Below are positions 1-9,546 of a DNA stretch of 64,000 nucleotides, piece after piece. The stretch spans positions 3,320 through 67,319 of the forward strand of contig CASFQA010000005.1 in the NCBI GenBank assembly GCA_949296775.1. Reading direction: 5' to 3'. This DNA comes from an uncultured bacterium (GTDB lineage: Bacteria > Bacillota_I > Bacilli_A > RFN20 > CAG-826). Each line of letters opens with the position of its first letter. Positions within the stretch are counted from its first letter, which is position 1. The position numbers and the translations under genes are program-made. The notes under the pieces were generated by a model. The model was not told the origin of the DNA. It did no database searches and was given only the letters and a program-made list of their open reading frames with translations.

Positions 1-76
1 TCAGGGATTCCAAAAGCCGAGGCAAGGTCCTATCGGCCTCGAAGCAAGGGATGATAAGGGAGAATAAAGGGCGCAT
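1..76 (-). CDS. Glycosyltransferase family 2, N-terminus (runs off window edge)
   Basis: Manual translation from ATG at 76: MRPLFSLIIPCFEADRTLPRLLESL, the GT2 'SxIIPxYN...L.S' start motif; not in ORF track. Confidence 0.75.
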   Translation of the reverse strand, partial: MRPLFSLIIPCFEADRTLPRLLESL

Positions 77-84
77 AGAACAAG

Positions 85-104
85 AAAAGCCGGCCGAAGC
101 CGGC
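85..104 (-). terminator. Intrinsic terminator after pgk-tpiA-yccA
   Basis: Minus strand GCCGGC-TTCG-GCCGGC followed by TTTT. Confidence 0.75.
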
Positions 105-109
105 GGTGA

Positions 110-883
110 TCAATTCCTATTTCGGGAAGAGAAGATGATAAGCAGGTACAAGACCCGGATGAAGATCATGATGAAGTCGTTGTACATCGTGAAGGCGCAG
201 TAGAGGACGATGTTGTCGCTCCCCTGCCCTTGGGTCAGGATCTTCTTGATGTTGTAGGCGTCGATCGCGGCGACGACAAGCGAGATGATGAGGATGGCCA
301 CCATGCAGATAAGCGAGAGCAAAACGCTCGCCCCGGGGGCAAAGAAAACCATCAGCAAGGACACCAAGGTCCCGATAAGGACCAAGATCCCGGCCACCCC
401 TAATACCATCCACATCCGGTTGAGGTCTTTTTTCGAGTAGTAGCCCCAAAGCCCGACCGCCCCGAAGGCCAAAGCCGAGATAAGGAAGGCCTCGCCGAAG
501 ATGTAGAAGTCGACGCCAAGCAAAATGAAGGAGGAAAGGCAAACCCCCATCGCCACCGAGTAGGTGATGAACCCCGGCCAAAGCGACCGGTTGGTCCCGA
601 CTTTCCTCAGCATCGAGAACGGGACGACGAGCATCACCACCAAGGTCACGACCGAAAGGATCAAATAGGTGACCATCGGGGCGCTCGAATCGGGGGCCGC
701 CTGCATCCAATAGGCCAACCCCAAAGCGAATAAGAAAGAGCAAACCGCGGTGATGAGCAGCCCCAAAGCCATATAGAGATAGGCTTTGCCGAGCTTTTTG
801 GAGACGTTAGTCAGCTCAGGCGAAGGGGCGACGAAGGGCTGCTCCGGGTTCGGGGCTTGGTAATCGTAAGTCGAAAACGCCAT
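110..883 (-). CDS. Bax inhibitor-1/YccA family membrane protein
   Basis: About 7 hydrophobic segments, 'KKDL' loop, C-terminal 'AFTMYNDFIMIFIRVLYL' typical of BI-1 family. Confidence 0.85.
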   Translation of the reverse strand: MAFSTYDYQAPNPEQPFVAPSPELTNVSKKLGKAYLYMALGLLITAVCSFLFALGLAYWMQAAPDSSAPMVTYLILSVVTLVVMLVVPFSMLRKVGTNRSLWPGFITYSVAMGVCLSSFILLGVDFYIFGEAFLISALAFGAVGLWGYYSKKDLNRMWMVLGVAGILVLIGTLVSLLMVFFAPGASVLLSLICMVAILIISLVVAAIDAYNIKKILTQGQGSDNIVLYCAFTMYNDFIMIFIRVLYLLIIFSSRNRN

Positions 884-884
884 T

Positions 885-1646
885 TTATCCGATTAAGCCT
901 TTCAATAACCCAAGATAGGAGTCGAGGGTGAGGGAAGCGCCCCCGACGAGGGCCCCGTCGATGTCGGGTTCGCTCATGTATTCGGCGATGTTGTTCGGCT
1001 TGACCGAGCCGCCATAGAGGATGCGGATGGCGTCGGCCGTTTCCTTATCATAAAGCTCAGCGAGAAGATCGCGGATGGCCTTAATGGTCTTCTCGGCGAT
1101 TTCCTTGGTGGCGTTTTTGCCAGTCCCGATCGCCCAAATCGGCTCATAGGCGATGACCACTTTCTTCGCCTCCGCAGCCTTAAGCCCGGCAAAGCCGACC
1201 TTAATCTGCCTAGCGACGAATTCGTCGGTCTTCCCGGCCTCAAAGGTCTCAAGCGATTCCCCGCAGCAATAAAGCGGGGTCATGTTCGCGGAGAGGATGG
1301 CTTTGATCTTCGCGTTGCAGTGCTCGCTGGTCTCGCCATTATAGGTCCGTCTTTCGGAATGGCCGATGATCACCCAGTCGATCCCGATCTCGGCGATCAT
1401 GTTGAGGGCCACTTCGCCGGTATAGGCGCCATGGTCGAATTCGGAGCAGTTTTGGGCCGCGACCTTGATCGAAGGATCGATGTTCTCCTTCACGGTCTGG
1501 AGGCAGACATAGGTCGGGGCGACCCCGATCTCGATGTTATGTTCCTTGGCAAGGGAAGCGATCTCGCCCGCCCCCAAGGCGAATTCCTTCGCCTCGGAGG
1601 GGGTTTTGTTCATCTTCCAGTTGCCGAATAGCAACTTGGTCCGCAT
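885..1646 (-). CDS. tpiA: Triosephosphate isomerase
   Basis: GNWKMN, IGHSERR, AYEPIWAIGTG, YGGSV, LVGGAS motifs. Confidence 0.99.
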   Translation of the reverse strand: MRTKLLFGNWKMNKTPSEAKEFALGAGEIASLAKEHNIEIGVAPTYVCLQTVKENIDPSIKVAAQNCSEFDHGAYTGEVALNMIAEIGIDWVIIGHSERRTYNGETSEHCNAKIKAILSANMTPLYCCGESLETFEAGKTDEFVARQIKVGFAGLKAAEAKKVVIAYEPIWAIGTGKNATKEIAEKTIKAIRDLLAELYDKETADAIRILYGGSVKPNNIAEYMSEPDIDGALVGGASLTLDSYLGLLKGLIG

Positions 1647-1652
1647 CGCTAT

Positions 1653-2879
1653 TTACCGTAAGACGTCGACGCCGGGGAGGTGGCCGTCGTTCTCGATCAT
1701 CTCGAGCGAGGCTCCGCCGCCGGTGGAGACGTGGGAGAAGTCGGCTTTATAGCCGAACTGCTTGACCGCCGAAGCGGAATCGCCGCCGCCGCAGACGGTG
1801 AAGGCATTGCCTTTAAGCTCGCGGATGGCTTCGCAGATGGCTAAGGTGCCAGCCTGGAATTCCTTCTGCTCGAAGACCCCCATCGGGCCATTCCAGAACA
1901 CCATCTTGGCTTCGAGGATGGCTTTCTTAAAGAGTTCCCGGGTCTTGGGGCCGATATCGACGCCCTGGAATCCTTCGGGGATCCCGCCTTCGCATTCCTT
2001 GATGGTCCGGGTTTCGGTCGGCTCGAAGGAATCGGTGATGATGGAATCGACCGGCAAGAGGATGCGGCCATGGGCTTCCTCTAGGCACTTTTTCGCATAG
2101 TCGAGCTGATCCTCTTCGCACGGGGAATTGCCGATCTCTTCGCCCATCGCCTTCTTGAAGGTATAGGCCATGGCCCCGCCGATGATGATCTTGTCGCACT
2201 TCTTGAGTAAGGAATCGATGACCTTGATCTTGTCGGAGACCTTAAAGCCGCCGAGGATGGCGACGTAGGGGCGGTCGGAATCGGCGACCTCGACGCAACG
2301 GGTGAGGTTATCGACTTCCTTAACCATTAAGTAGCCTTCGGCGACCGGCTTGCCCTCTTCCTTGAGGATGGTCGGGACGCCGACGGTCGAGGCATGGGCC
2401 CGGTGGGCTGAGCCAAAGGCATCGAGGACATAGACATCGGCTAAAGCCGCCCATTCCTTGGCCAATTCGGGATTGTTCTTCTCTTCGCCCTTCTCATAAC
2501 GGGTATTCTGCATGAGGAGGATCTCGCCGTCTTTGAGTTCGGCGACGGCTTTGGCGAGTTCTTCGCCGTGGGTCGCCGGGCAGAAATGGACTTTGGTGGT
2601 GACGAGTTCGCCTAAACGGGTGGCGACGCAAGCCATGTCATTGGCTTTCTTCATCTCCTCGATCTTGGCCGGATCGGGTTCTTTCCATTTGATCTTGCCA
2701 AGATGGGACATGAGGATGACCTTGGCCCCTTTGTCAGTGAGGTAGTTGATGGTCGGCAAAGCCGCCCGGATCCGGTTGTCGTCCCGGATGACGCCGCCTT
2801 TCTGCGGGACGTTGAAATCGACGCGGACTAGGACCTTCTTTCCCTGGAGGTCCTTGAGGGATTCGATGGTTTGAAGCAT
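1653..2879 (-). CDS. pgk: Phosphoglycerate kinase
   Basis: RVDFNVP, AFGSAHRAHAS, WNGPMG, GGGDS, STGGGAS; start moved to ATG 2879, which follows AAGGAG RBS. Confidence 0.99.
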   Translation of the reverse strand: MLQTIESLKDLQGKKVLVRVDFNVPQKGGVIRDDNRIRAALPTINYLTDKGAKVILMSHLGKIKWKEPDPAKIEEMKKANDMACVATRLGELVTTKVHFCPATHGEELAKAVAELKDGEILLMQNTRYEKGEEKNNPELAKEWAALADVYVLDAFGSAHRAHASTVGVPTILKEEGKPVAEGYLMVKEVDNLTRCVEVADSDRPYVAILGGFKVSDKIKVIDSLLKKCDKIIIGGAMAYTFKKAMGEEIGNSPCEEDQLDYAKKCLEEAHGRILLPVDSIITDSFEPTETRTIKECEGGIPEGFQGVDIGPKTRELFKKAILEAKMVFWNGPMGVFEQKEFQAGTLAICEAIRELKGNAFTVCGGGDSASAVKQFGYKADFSHVSTGGGASLEMIENDGHLPGVDVLR

Positions 2880-2970
2880 TGGTATGTATCTCCTTGCGGT
2901 CAATATATTACCACCCTAAAAGGGTGAGGAAAATAGAAACGGGGAAAACGGCAAAATGGTCTAGTTTGTC

Positions 2971-3795
2971 TTAAAGCCCTAGATAGCCATCCATTTCCCG
3001 AAACAAAGTAGGGATATAACGCGAGGCCGCAGAATAATGGACCGTTATATTGTCCAAAACCGACTTCCTAAGCCCAATAACATAGTAGCTGTTCATGCCG
3101 AAAGTCGGAGCCACCCCAGGGCGACACAAACAATGGAAATAGAACGTTCCATTAATTGAAAAAGGGTAAGCCAATGAGATGTTGCCAAGGCTAACGAAAA
3201 GAAGGAAATTGGTCTTAAAGTAATCCTCTTCCCTAGCGAACGTCGGAAGATCGGCGAGCCCATATTCTCCAGCCGAATCAACGATCATGTAAAGCTTAGA
3301 AGGATCGCCAAAATCTTGTATCCGAGATTCCTCGATGCCAATGGGGGTGACGGTTCCATCGAGGATGCGAACATCTAAGGAAAAGAGGGTTTCCTCCCCA
3401 CGCTTCAAGGAAATGGTCGACTCGGATGGATAGACGAAAACCACCGTAAAAAGAATCCAGTCATTATCATTGCCGACGAGAGTGTTCGGCGGAAGATAAG
3501 TGTAATAATCCTTAAAAATCATCATATAGCCGGGGTCATAGTCCCAATACAAGTCGCTCGGCAGACGATAACCCTCCGGCAAATCGGAATAAACGGTGTA
3601 GGAAGTCCGGGTTGAAAAACATGCGAACCGCCCCACCACCTGCGACTCATCGATATTCATAGCGAACGAAATATCGCCATCGTAAGCCGGAAGAAGGGAA
3701 TCATCCGAGCTCGAGGAAGAATCGCAATCGGGTGCGCATCCCAACAAAACCAACATCATCGGGATCAAAGAAAGAAGTTTCTTAAAGCTTTTCAT
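2971..3795 (-). CDS. Hypothetical lipoprotein
   Basis: MKSFKK + hydrophobic stretch + LLGC lipobox, Ser-rich linker; ATG overlaps the stop of the upstream ORF. Confidence 0.75.
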   Translation of the reverse strand: MKSFKKLLSLIPMMLVLLGCAPDCDSSSSSDDSLLPAYDGDISFAMNIDESQVVGRFACFSTRTSYTVYSDLPEGYRLPSDLYWDYDPGYMMIFKDYYTYLPPNTLVGNDNDWILFTVVFVYPSESTISLKRGEETLFSLDVRILDGTVTPIGIEESRIQDFGDPSKLYMIVDSAGEYGLADLPTFAREEDYFKTNFLLFVSLGNISLAYPFSINGTFYFHCLCRPGVAPTFGMNSYYVIGLRKSVLDNITVHYSAASRYIPTLFREMDGYLGL

Positions 3796-4058
3796 AAACT
3801 ACCATCCGTAAATGTTTCGTTAACCACAAGCGGCTCATCGATAATTCCGATCTTAACGCCCTTGCCGGTATATGGGGTATCCAAGGAAAGGCCAATATCG
3901 CCTTTAAACAAAGCATTGGTATAGAACAATCCTGGTTCGACCGTCGCGCTATAGGTTGGATCAACTTCGTTTCTGGAACTTGATGCTTGTTGTTGGACGT
4001 TAAAAGAATTGGGCGAAATCAACGAAAGGACCAACGAGAGCAAGCAAACCGAGTCCAT
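3792..4058 (-). pseudogene. Truncated secreted S8 (subtilase) peptidase, N-terminal remnant
   Basis: Signal peptide then YTGKGVKIGIID (catalytic Asp motif); stops 14 aa later with no His or Ser motif. Confidence 0.65.
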
Positions 4059-4084
4059 AATAGGCTTCCCCTAACGACGCTATT

Positions 4085-4113
4085 ATTGTAATGCTGTCAT
4101 TTTGTGAAATCAA
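4085..4113 (-). promoter_or_regulatory. Sigma-A-type promoter of the S8/lipoprotein cassette
   Basis: TTGATT-N17-TACAAT on the minus strand upstream of ATG 4058. Confidence 0.55.
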
Positions 4114-4153
4114 CATGCGTCCATTTTCTACATTTAAGTCCATCTGTCGTCAA

Positions 4154-4183
4154 CAAAAAAGCCCCCGGTTGCCCGGGAGCTTT
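4154..4183 (-). terminator. Intrinsic terminator after gap
   Basis: GCTCCCGGG-CAA-CCGGGGGC hairpin followed by a T run on the minus strand. Confidence 0.75.
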
Positions 4184-4203
4184 AATTGGTTCAGATCAGC
4201 TGA

Positions 4204-5265
4204 TTACTTGCAGCCGAGGACTTTGCCATATTCGCCAGCGAGGCGGACGTATTGGCAGGTGAAGGAGTTCTCGTTGTCGTACCAGGAGACGACCTTGACG
4301 TGATGGAGGCCAGCCTTGTCGGTGAAGACGACGGTCTGGGTGGCATCGAAGATCGAGCCATAGGTCGAGCCGATGATATCGGAGGAGACGATCTCGTCTT
4401 CGGTATAGGCGAGGACGTTCTTGAGATAGCCTTCGGACGCTTCCTTCAAAGCGGCATTGATGCCATCCTTGGTGATGTCTTCATCATCGAGGACGAGCGA
4501 GAGGTCGACGAGCGAGCCGGCCGGAACCGGGACCCGGATCGCGCCGCCCATGAGCTTGCCATCGAGCGAGGGGATGACGGCCTTGATCGCCTTAGCAGCC
4601 CCAGTGGTGGTCGGGACGATGTTGGCGGCAGCCGCCCGGCCGCGACGGAGGTTGCCCTTGGCGAGGTCGAGGATGGTCTGGTCATTGGTGTAGGCGTGGA
4701 CGGTGGTCATGAAGCCGCCGGAGACGTGGTATTTCTTGTCGAGGACGTCCATAACCGGAGCTAAGCAGTTGGTGGTGCAGGAGCCGCCGGAGATGACTTT
4801 CATGTCCTTGGTGAGCTTGTCGGTGTTGACGCCGTAGACGAAGGTCGGGATGTCCTTCGAGGAGGACGGGGCGGAGATGATGACGCCCTTGGCGCCGTTG
4901 TCGAGATGGACCTGGCCATCTTCTTTGCTCTTGAGGCGGCCGGTGCATTCGAGGACGATGTCGACGCCGTATTCGCCCCACTTCAAATCATGGGGATCCT
5001 TCTTCCCGAGGACCGGGATCTTGTGGCCTTTGAAGACGATGTAGTTCTCGATGATGTTGCCATCTTCGTCTTTCTTGACGTCGGCTTCGATCTCATCGGT
5101 GTGCCACGAGCCCTGGGTGGTGTCGTACTTGAGAAGATAGGCGAGGGTCTTCGCGTCGACCAAGTCATTGATGGCGACGACTTCGAAGCCGCCGACTTCG
5201 TAGGCCCGGCGGAAAGCGAGGCGGCCAATGCGCCCGAATCCGTTGATTGCTAGTTTGATGGACAT
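4204..5265 (-). CDS. gap: Type I glyceraldehyde-3-phosphate dehydrogenase
   Basis: INGFGRIGR, SCTTNCLAP, SWYDNE; start at ATG 5265 with AAGGAGG RBS. Confidence 0.99.
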   Translation of the reverse strand: MSIKLAINGFGRIGRLAFRRAYEVGGFEVVAINDLVDAKTLAYLLKYDTTQGSWHTDEIEADVKKDEDGNIIENYIVFKGHKIPVLGKKDPHDLKWGEYGVDIVLECTGRLKSKEDGQVHLDNGAKGVIISAPSSSKDIPTFVYGVNTDKLTKDMKVISGGSCTTNCLAPVMDVLDKKYHVSGGFMTTVHAYTNDQTILDLAKGNLRRGRAAAANIVPTTTGAAKAIKAVIPSLDGKLMGGAIRVPVPAGSLVDLSLVLDDEDITKDGINAALKEASEGYLKNVLAYTEDEIVSSDIIGSTYGSIFDATQTVVFTDKAGLHHVKVVSWYDNENSFTCQYVRLAGEYGKVLGCK

Positions 5266-5480
5266 ATTTTTCTTGTCCCTCCTTATAAAAACTGCACGCA
5301 CATTATACAAAGGGGGGCTTTCCAATAAAAGAGGATAAATCAAAAAGCGGATTACCGATTGTTTACCTCTAGGTAAAAGGCGAGGCCAAGCGGCGACCGC
5401 GCTCGAGGATCACCGGGCAAAAGGATGAAACGAACCGCGCGAATTTGCCTAATCGCCATCGCCGTATAAAATATAGGTAT

Positions 5481-6050
5481 ATGCGGAACCCCCTTGCCCT
5501 ATTGTCGTTGCTATTGGCCCTAACCGGCTGCACCGCCTCCCTAAGCTCGCAAAAGGAAACGGCTCGCGAGACAAGCCCGAGCGAAGCGAAGGAGTCGGCT
5601 TATTTGGATTACGACGTCACCACCTCGCCGAAGGTTATCGATTATGGGTTCCCGATGCTTTTCAATGACGAAATCCTGCCCTATGTCGACGCGACCGACT
5701 ATGGGAATCGGCCCTTGATCCCCGGGGATTCCCTCCGAATCGAATACCAAGGGGATATCCTGATAAAGGAAACCTACCCGGCGACCGCCGACTTAAGCCA
5801 AGCGGAGATAAAAGGGGTCGAGGTCTACGAGGCCCGGATATTCGAGTTCACCGTCGAGGACGGGAAACTATGGGAACAGGGAAAAGAAACGATCTACGAT
5901 ATCCCCGAAGTCATCTACCTCGATGATTGGCAAGGGTATGGCAAAGGGGCGGATGTCCTCGAAGAGGGGATGACCGTTTACGGAATCAACCCGGCTTATT
6001 TCAATTCCTTCAACTGCATCTATTTCTGCGCTTTCGCGCCCCGCCTCTAA
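5481..6050 (+). CDS. Hypothetical lipoprotein
   Basis: MRNPLALLSLLLALTGC lipobox from ATG 5481. Confidence 0.75.
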   Translation: MRNPLALLSLLLALTGCTASLSSQKETARETSPSEAKESAYLDYDVTTSPKVIDYGFPMLFNDEILPYVDATDYGNRPLIPGDSLRIEYQGDILIKETYPATADLSQAEIKGVEVYEARIFEFTVEDGKLWEQGKETIYDIPEVIYLDDWQGYGKGADVLEEGMTVYGINPAYFNSFNCIYFCAFAPRL

Positions 6051-6257
6051 ATTGCTTAGCGCTCAATCCTTCCGCCGATAGCCAAATAACTCAACATACC
6101 GTCGCCGAAAATACCCGCAAAAAGGGAGGGTTCGGCAAAAAATAGCAAACGCAAACCCTTTGCAAAAAGGAGATAGCGACGATTCCTTCCGCTTTTGCGG
6201 TCTTTTTATGGAAAAGAAAAGCCCGCCTCGAGAAGGAAGCGGGCGATTCGCCGCGAA

Positions 6258-7406
6258 TCACATCAGCGACTTATAGAGGGCGATGACTTGCTCTTTGGTC
6301 GGGGCGACGGGATTGCCGCCCATGCAGGCATCGGCTAAGGCCGAGTCGGCGAGGAAGGAGAGGTCCTCCTCCTTGACGATCCCTTTCAGATCGGTCGGGA
6401 TGCCGACGTCCTGGGAAAGCTTGGAGACCGCTTGGATCGCCGCTTCCCGATACTGCTCGGTGCTCATCTGGTCGACCCCTTCGACCCCCATGGCCCGGGC
6501 GAGTTCCCGATATTTGGTGCCGGTGTATTCGGCGTTGAACTTCATCCCGGTCGGGAGAAGGATCGAGCAGGCGACCCCATGCGGGGTGTCGTATAAGGCC
6601 GATAAGGGATGGGCCATCGAATGGACGATGCCCAAGCCGACGTTGGAGAAGCCCATGCCGGCGACGTATTGGCCAAGGGCCATCCCTTCCCTTCCCTCTT
6701 TCTCCCCGGCATAGGCCGAGCGGAGATTGGAGGAGATGAGCTTGATGGCCTCAAGGTGGAGGCAATCGGAAAGTTCCCAAGCCCCTTTGGTGATGAGCCC
6801 TTCGATCGCATGGGTCAAAGCGTCCATCCCGGTCGAGGCGGTGAGCCCCTTCGGCATCGAGGACATCATGGTCGGATCGATGAAGGCGACGATCGGCATG
6901 TCATGGGGATCGACGCAGACGAACTTCCGCGATTTCTCGACGTCGGTGATGACGTAGTTGATGGTGACCTCGGCCGCGGTCCCGGCGGTGGTCGGGATGG
7001 CGAGGATCGGGGCGCAGGGGTTCTTGGTCGGGGCGACCCCTTCTAAACTCCGGACATCGGAAAATTCCGGATTGGTGGCGATGATGCCGATGGCTTTGGC
7101 GGTATCCATGGCCGAGCCGCCGCCGATGGCGATGAGGTAATCGGCCCCGGCTTTCTTGAAAGCCTCAACCCCTTCTTGGACGTTCTCGATGGTCGGATTG
7201 GGCTTGATGCCGTCATAGATCTCATAAGCCAGCCCCGCGGCGTCGAGGAGCTTGGTCACGTTGTCGACGACCTTGAACTTGATGAGCCCCGGATCGGTGC
7301 AAAGGAGCCCTTTTTTGAAGTGATGGGATTGGATCTCGGTCACCACCGAGTCAATCGCCCCGTACCCATGATAGGAAACGGGGTTCAAACAGAAACGATT
7401 AGCCAT
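6258..7406 (-). CDS. fucO: Lactaldehyde reductase (iron-containing alcohol dehydrogenase)
   Basis: MANRF start, GGGS, PTTAGTAAEVTINYVITD, GMDALTHAIEG, HSMAH, PHG motifs; AGGAGG RBS. Confidence 0.92.
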   Translation of the reverse strand: MANRFCLNPVSYHGYGAIDSVVTEIQSHHFKKGLLCTDPGLIKFKVVDNVTKLLDAAGLAYEIYDGIKPNPTIENVQEGVEAFKKAGADYLIAIGGGSAMDTAKAIGIIATNPEFSDVRSLEGVAPTKNPCAPILAIPTTAGTAAEVTINYVITDVEKSRKFVCVDPHDMPIVAFIDPTMMSSMPKGLTASTGMDALTHAIEGLITKGAWELSDCLHLEAIKLISSNLRSAYAGEKEGREGMALGQYVAGMGFSNVGLGIVHSMAHPLSALYDTPHGVACSILLPTGMKFNAEYTGTKYRELARAMGVEGVDQMSTEQYREAAIQAVSKLSQDVGIPTDLKGIVKEEDLSFLADSALADACMGGNPVAPTKEQVIALYKSLM

Positions 7407-7497
7407 TGTATTCCTCCTACTGGCCAGGCAATTATAACAATTCAAAAAGCCCCGCCGTAAGCGGTTATTGTTCCGTTTTCTAGGATTTCGTTCCCTT

Positions 7498-7749
7498 TTA
7501 ATAGTCGAGCAGTTCCGATAAGCGGATGCCCAAGGCGGAAGATAGGCGCCGCAAAACGACGAAGCTTGGGTTCCGCCGTCCGTTTTCGAGGTCGCTGAGG
7601 TAATGAGGGCTGACTTGGGCGGAGAAGGACAGAGAGAGCTGGGTCAGCCCCTTGGCCTCGCGGAGTTCTTTCAAATGGAGCCCGAAGCCGATTAAGGCCT
7701 CTTTGTCGGCCCGCTTAAGCGTCTTGGTCCGTTTCGGGGTCAATTCCAT
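7498..7749 (-). CDS. XRE-family HTH transcriptional regulator
   Basis: LKELREAKGLTQ...YLSDLENGRRNPS; overlaps the 3' end of whiA. Confidence 0.85.
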   Translation of the reverse strand: MELTPKRTKTLKRADKEALIGFGLHLKELREAKGLTQLSLSFSAQVSPHYLSDLENGRRNPSFVVLRRLSSALGIRLSELLDY

Positions 7750-8683
7750 GCTTTATCTGATACTCCTCGTGCAGTTTCCTGAATAGGTGGTTGATGTTGC
7801 TTTTGCTTATTTGGCAGGAGAGCTCCTCGCTAAGCAAAGCGGCGAGCTCGGAGAGCGAGGCATCGGGGTTATCCTCCCTTATCCGCATCAAGGCCTTCAG
7901 CTTCTCCGAATATATTTCCGGGAAAGCCTGCCCTTTCTTGAAGAAGGCGATCTCCTTCAATTGGCGGGAAGCGGCCGAGACCGTCTTCTCCATATTGGCG
8001 GCGTCGAGGTTATTGAACCGATTGCCGACGTTGCTGAAATCCCGGTCGATCCGGATGTTCTCGAACTCCAAGCAGGAAGCGGTGGCCCCGATATAGGTGA
8101 GGAAGGCGCTGATCTGCTCGCTCCGCTTCAAATAGGCGATGAATTGGCTTCGCCGCCTGGCGACTTTGGCGTTGAAGGGGAAGGAACGGGACTTATTGAT
8201 GAGCTTGGCGAGGGCTTTGGCGTAGCCTTCCTCCTCGCAGGCGATCTCAAGATGGTAATTGGAGGAATGGGGATCGTTGACCGAGCCTTTGGACAAAAAC
8301 GCCCCCGCTAGATAGCTTTGCTCATCTTGCTCGTTCGCCAATAAGGATTTGGGCAAGGAGGGGGAAAGCAAATCCACCTCCAAATCGGAGAGGATGTAGT
8401 CGAGGTCGGAGCAAAGGACGTGATATTGGACGGCTTTCCGGAGCCGCATCTGCTTGGAATAGGCGAAACGGACCGGGACGCCGTAAATCGAAGACAGCCC
8501 GGAGTAAAGGAGCTTGGCGATCTTCGACGATTCGGTCGAAAGGTCGAGGACGCGTTCGGAAAGCCGAATCGAGCCGCTGCCTTTGGCGAAAGAGGAAAGC
8601 AAGGGCCGGAGGCTCGCGTCGTCAAAAGGCAACGACGCGATCTCTTCCTTGACCTTAAGCGCGAAGGAGAAATTAGGAGCCAA
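7715..8683 (-). CDS. whiA: DNA-binding protein WhiA
   Basis: SFA..VKEEI, GAFL..GSVNDP..YHLE, N.D.AN..KT, C-terminal SKS.INH HTH. Confidence 0.95.
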   Translation of the reverse strand: MAPNFSFALKVKEEIASLPFDDASLRPLLSSFAKGSGSIRLSERVLDLSTESSKIAKLLYSGLSSIYGVPVRFAYSKQMRLRKAVQYHVLCSDLDYILSDLEVDLLSPSLPKSLLANEQDEQSYLAGAFLSKGSVNDPHSSNYHLEIACEEEGYAKALAKLINKSRSFPFNAKVARRRSQFIAYLKRSEQISAFLTYIGATASCLEFENIRIDRDFSNVGNRFNNLDAANMEKTVSAASRQLKEIAFFKKGQAFPEIYSEKLKALMRIREDNPDASLSELAALLSEELSCQISKSNINHLFRKLHEEYQIKHGIDPETDQDA

Positions 8684-8689
8684 TTTTAA

Positions 8690-9538
8690 TTACCCCCTCC
8701 GATAACGCCGCATTTCCCGATGGGAGACGAAGCAGATGTATTGGCTTTTGTAATGATCATAAAGCCGCTGGGCGAAATAGACCGATCGATGCTGCCCTCC
8801 CGAACACCCCAGATCGATGTTGATGTAATTCCGCCCGTCTTGCTTGGCGTGGGAGAGGAAATAATCCAAGTAGGCGACCATATGGGAGAAAAGCTCGTCG
8901 CATTCTTTTTTGCCGGAAAGGAAATCGATGACCCCTTGGTCTAAGCCGGTTTGGTTTCTTAGCTCCGGATCCCAAAAGGGATTCGGGACGTTCCGGCAAT
9001 CGAAAATCACCTCGGCGTCTTGGGGGATGCCGTATTTATAGCCGAAAGAGGAGAAGGTGATGACCATCGTCGACTCATTCCCCTTGAAATGGGCGAAGGC
9101 CATCTTCCGGAGCTCTTGGGCCGAAAGCCCGGTGGTATCGACGTAAAGATCGGCGAAGGGCCGGACCTCCTTCATCGTCTGCTCGTCGAGCCGGATGCAT
9201 TCCTCCAGCGGGTACCCTTTTGCTTGCAATGGGTGGACGTGCCGGGTCAAGCGATAACGGGTCAATAGCTCAGTCGCGGCGCAGTCGAGAAGAAGGAAAA
9301 CCGAATGGAGCCCTTCCGCCTGCTTCAAGATCTCATTGGCCCGCTTGGCATGGCGGAGCTCAACGATCAAAACCGTGTCGTTATAGGCGTCGTTAGAGCC
9401 GATTTCCTCGCAAAGGGCCGGCAAAACCACATTCGGCACGTTCTCGATCAGCCGATAACCCATCTCCTCAAAGGCATGGGAGATGGTTGATTTGCCGGCA
9501 CCCGAGACGCCGGAGAGCAAGACGACGTTGTTCATATC
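8690..9538 (-). CDS. rapZ: RNase adapter RapZ/YvcJ P-loop protein
   Basis: SGVSGAGKS, TRHVHPL, SFGYKYG, PNPFW, GCSGGQHRSV. Confidence 0.95.
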   Translation of the reverse strand, partial: DMNNVVLLSGVSGAGKSTISHAFEEMGYRLIENVPNVVLPALCEEIGSNDAYNDTVLIVELRHAKRANEILKQAEGLHSVFLLLDCAATELLTRYRLTRHVHPLQAKGYPLEECIRLDEQTMKEVRPFADLYVDTTGLSAQELRKMAFAHFKGNESTMVITFSSFGYKYGIPQDAEVIFDCRNVPNPFWDPELRNQTGLDQGVIDFLSGKKECDELFSHMVAYLDYFLSHAKQDGRNYINIDLGCSGGQHRSVYFAQRLYDHYKSQYICFVSHREMRRYRRG

Positions 9539-9546
9539 CAAGCCTA

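Noticed and set aside
6140..6185. GCAAACCCTTTGCAAAAAGG resembling a c-di-GMP-I riboswitch P2 stem
   Set aside because: Lacks the downstream GACGCAAA and P3 elements, and lies between convergent gene ends with no gene to regulate.
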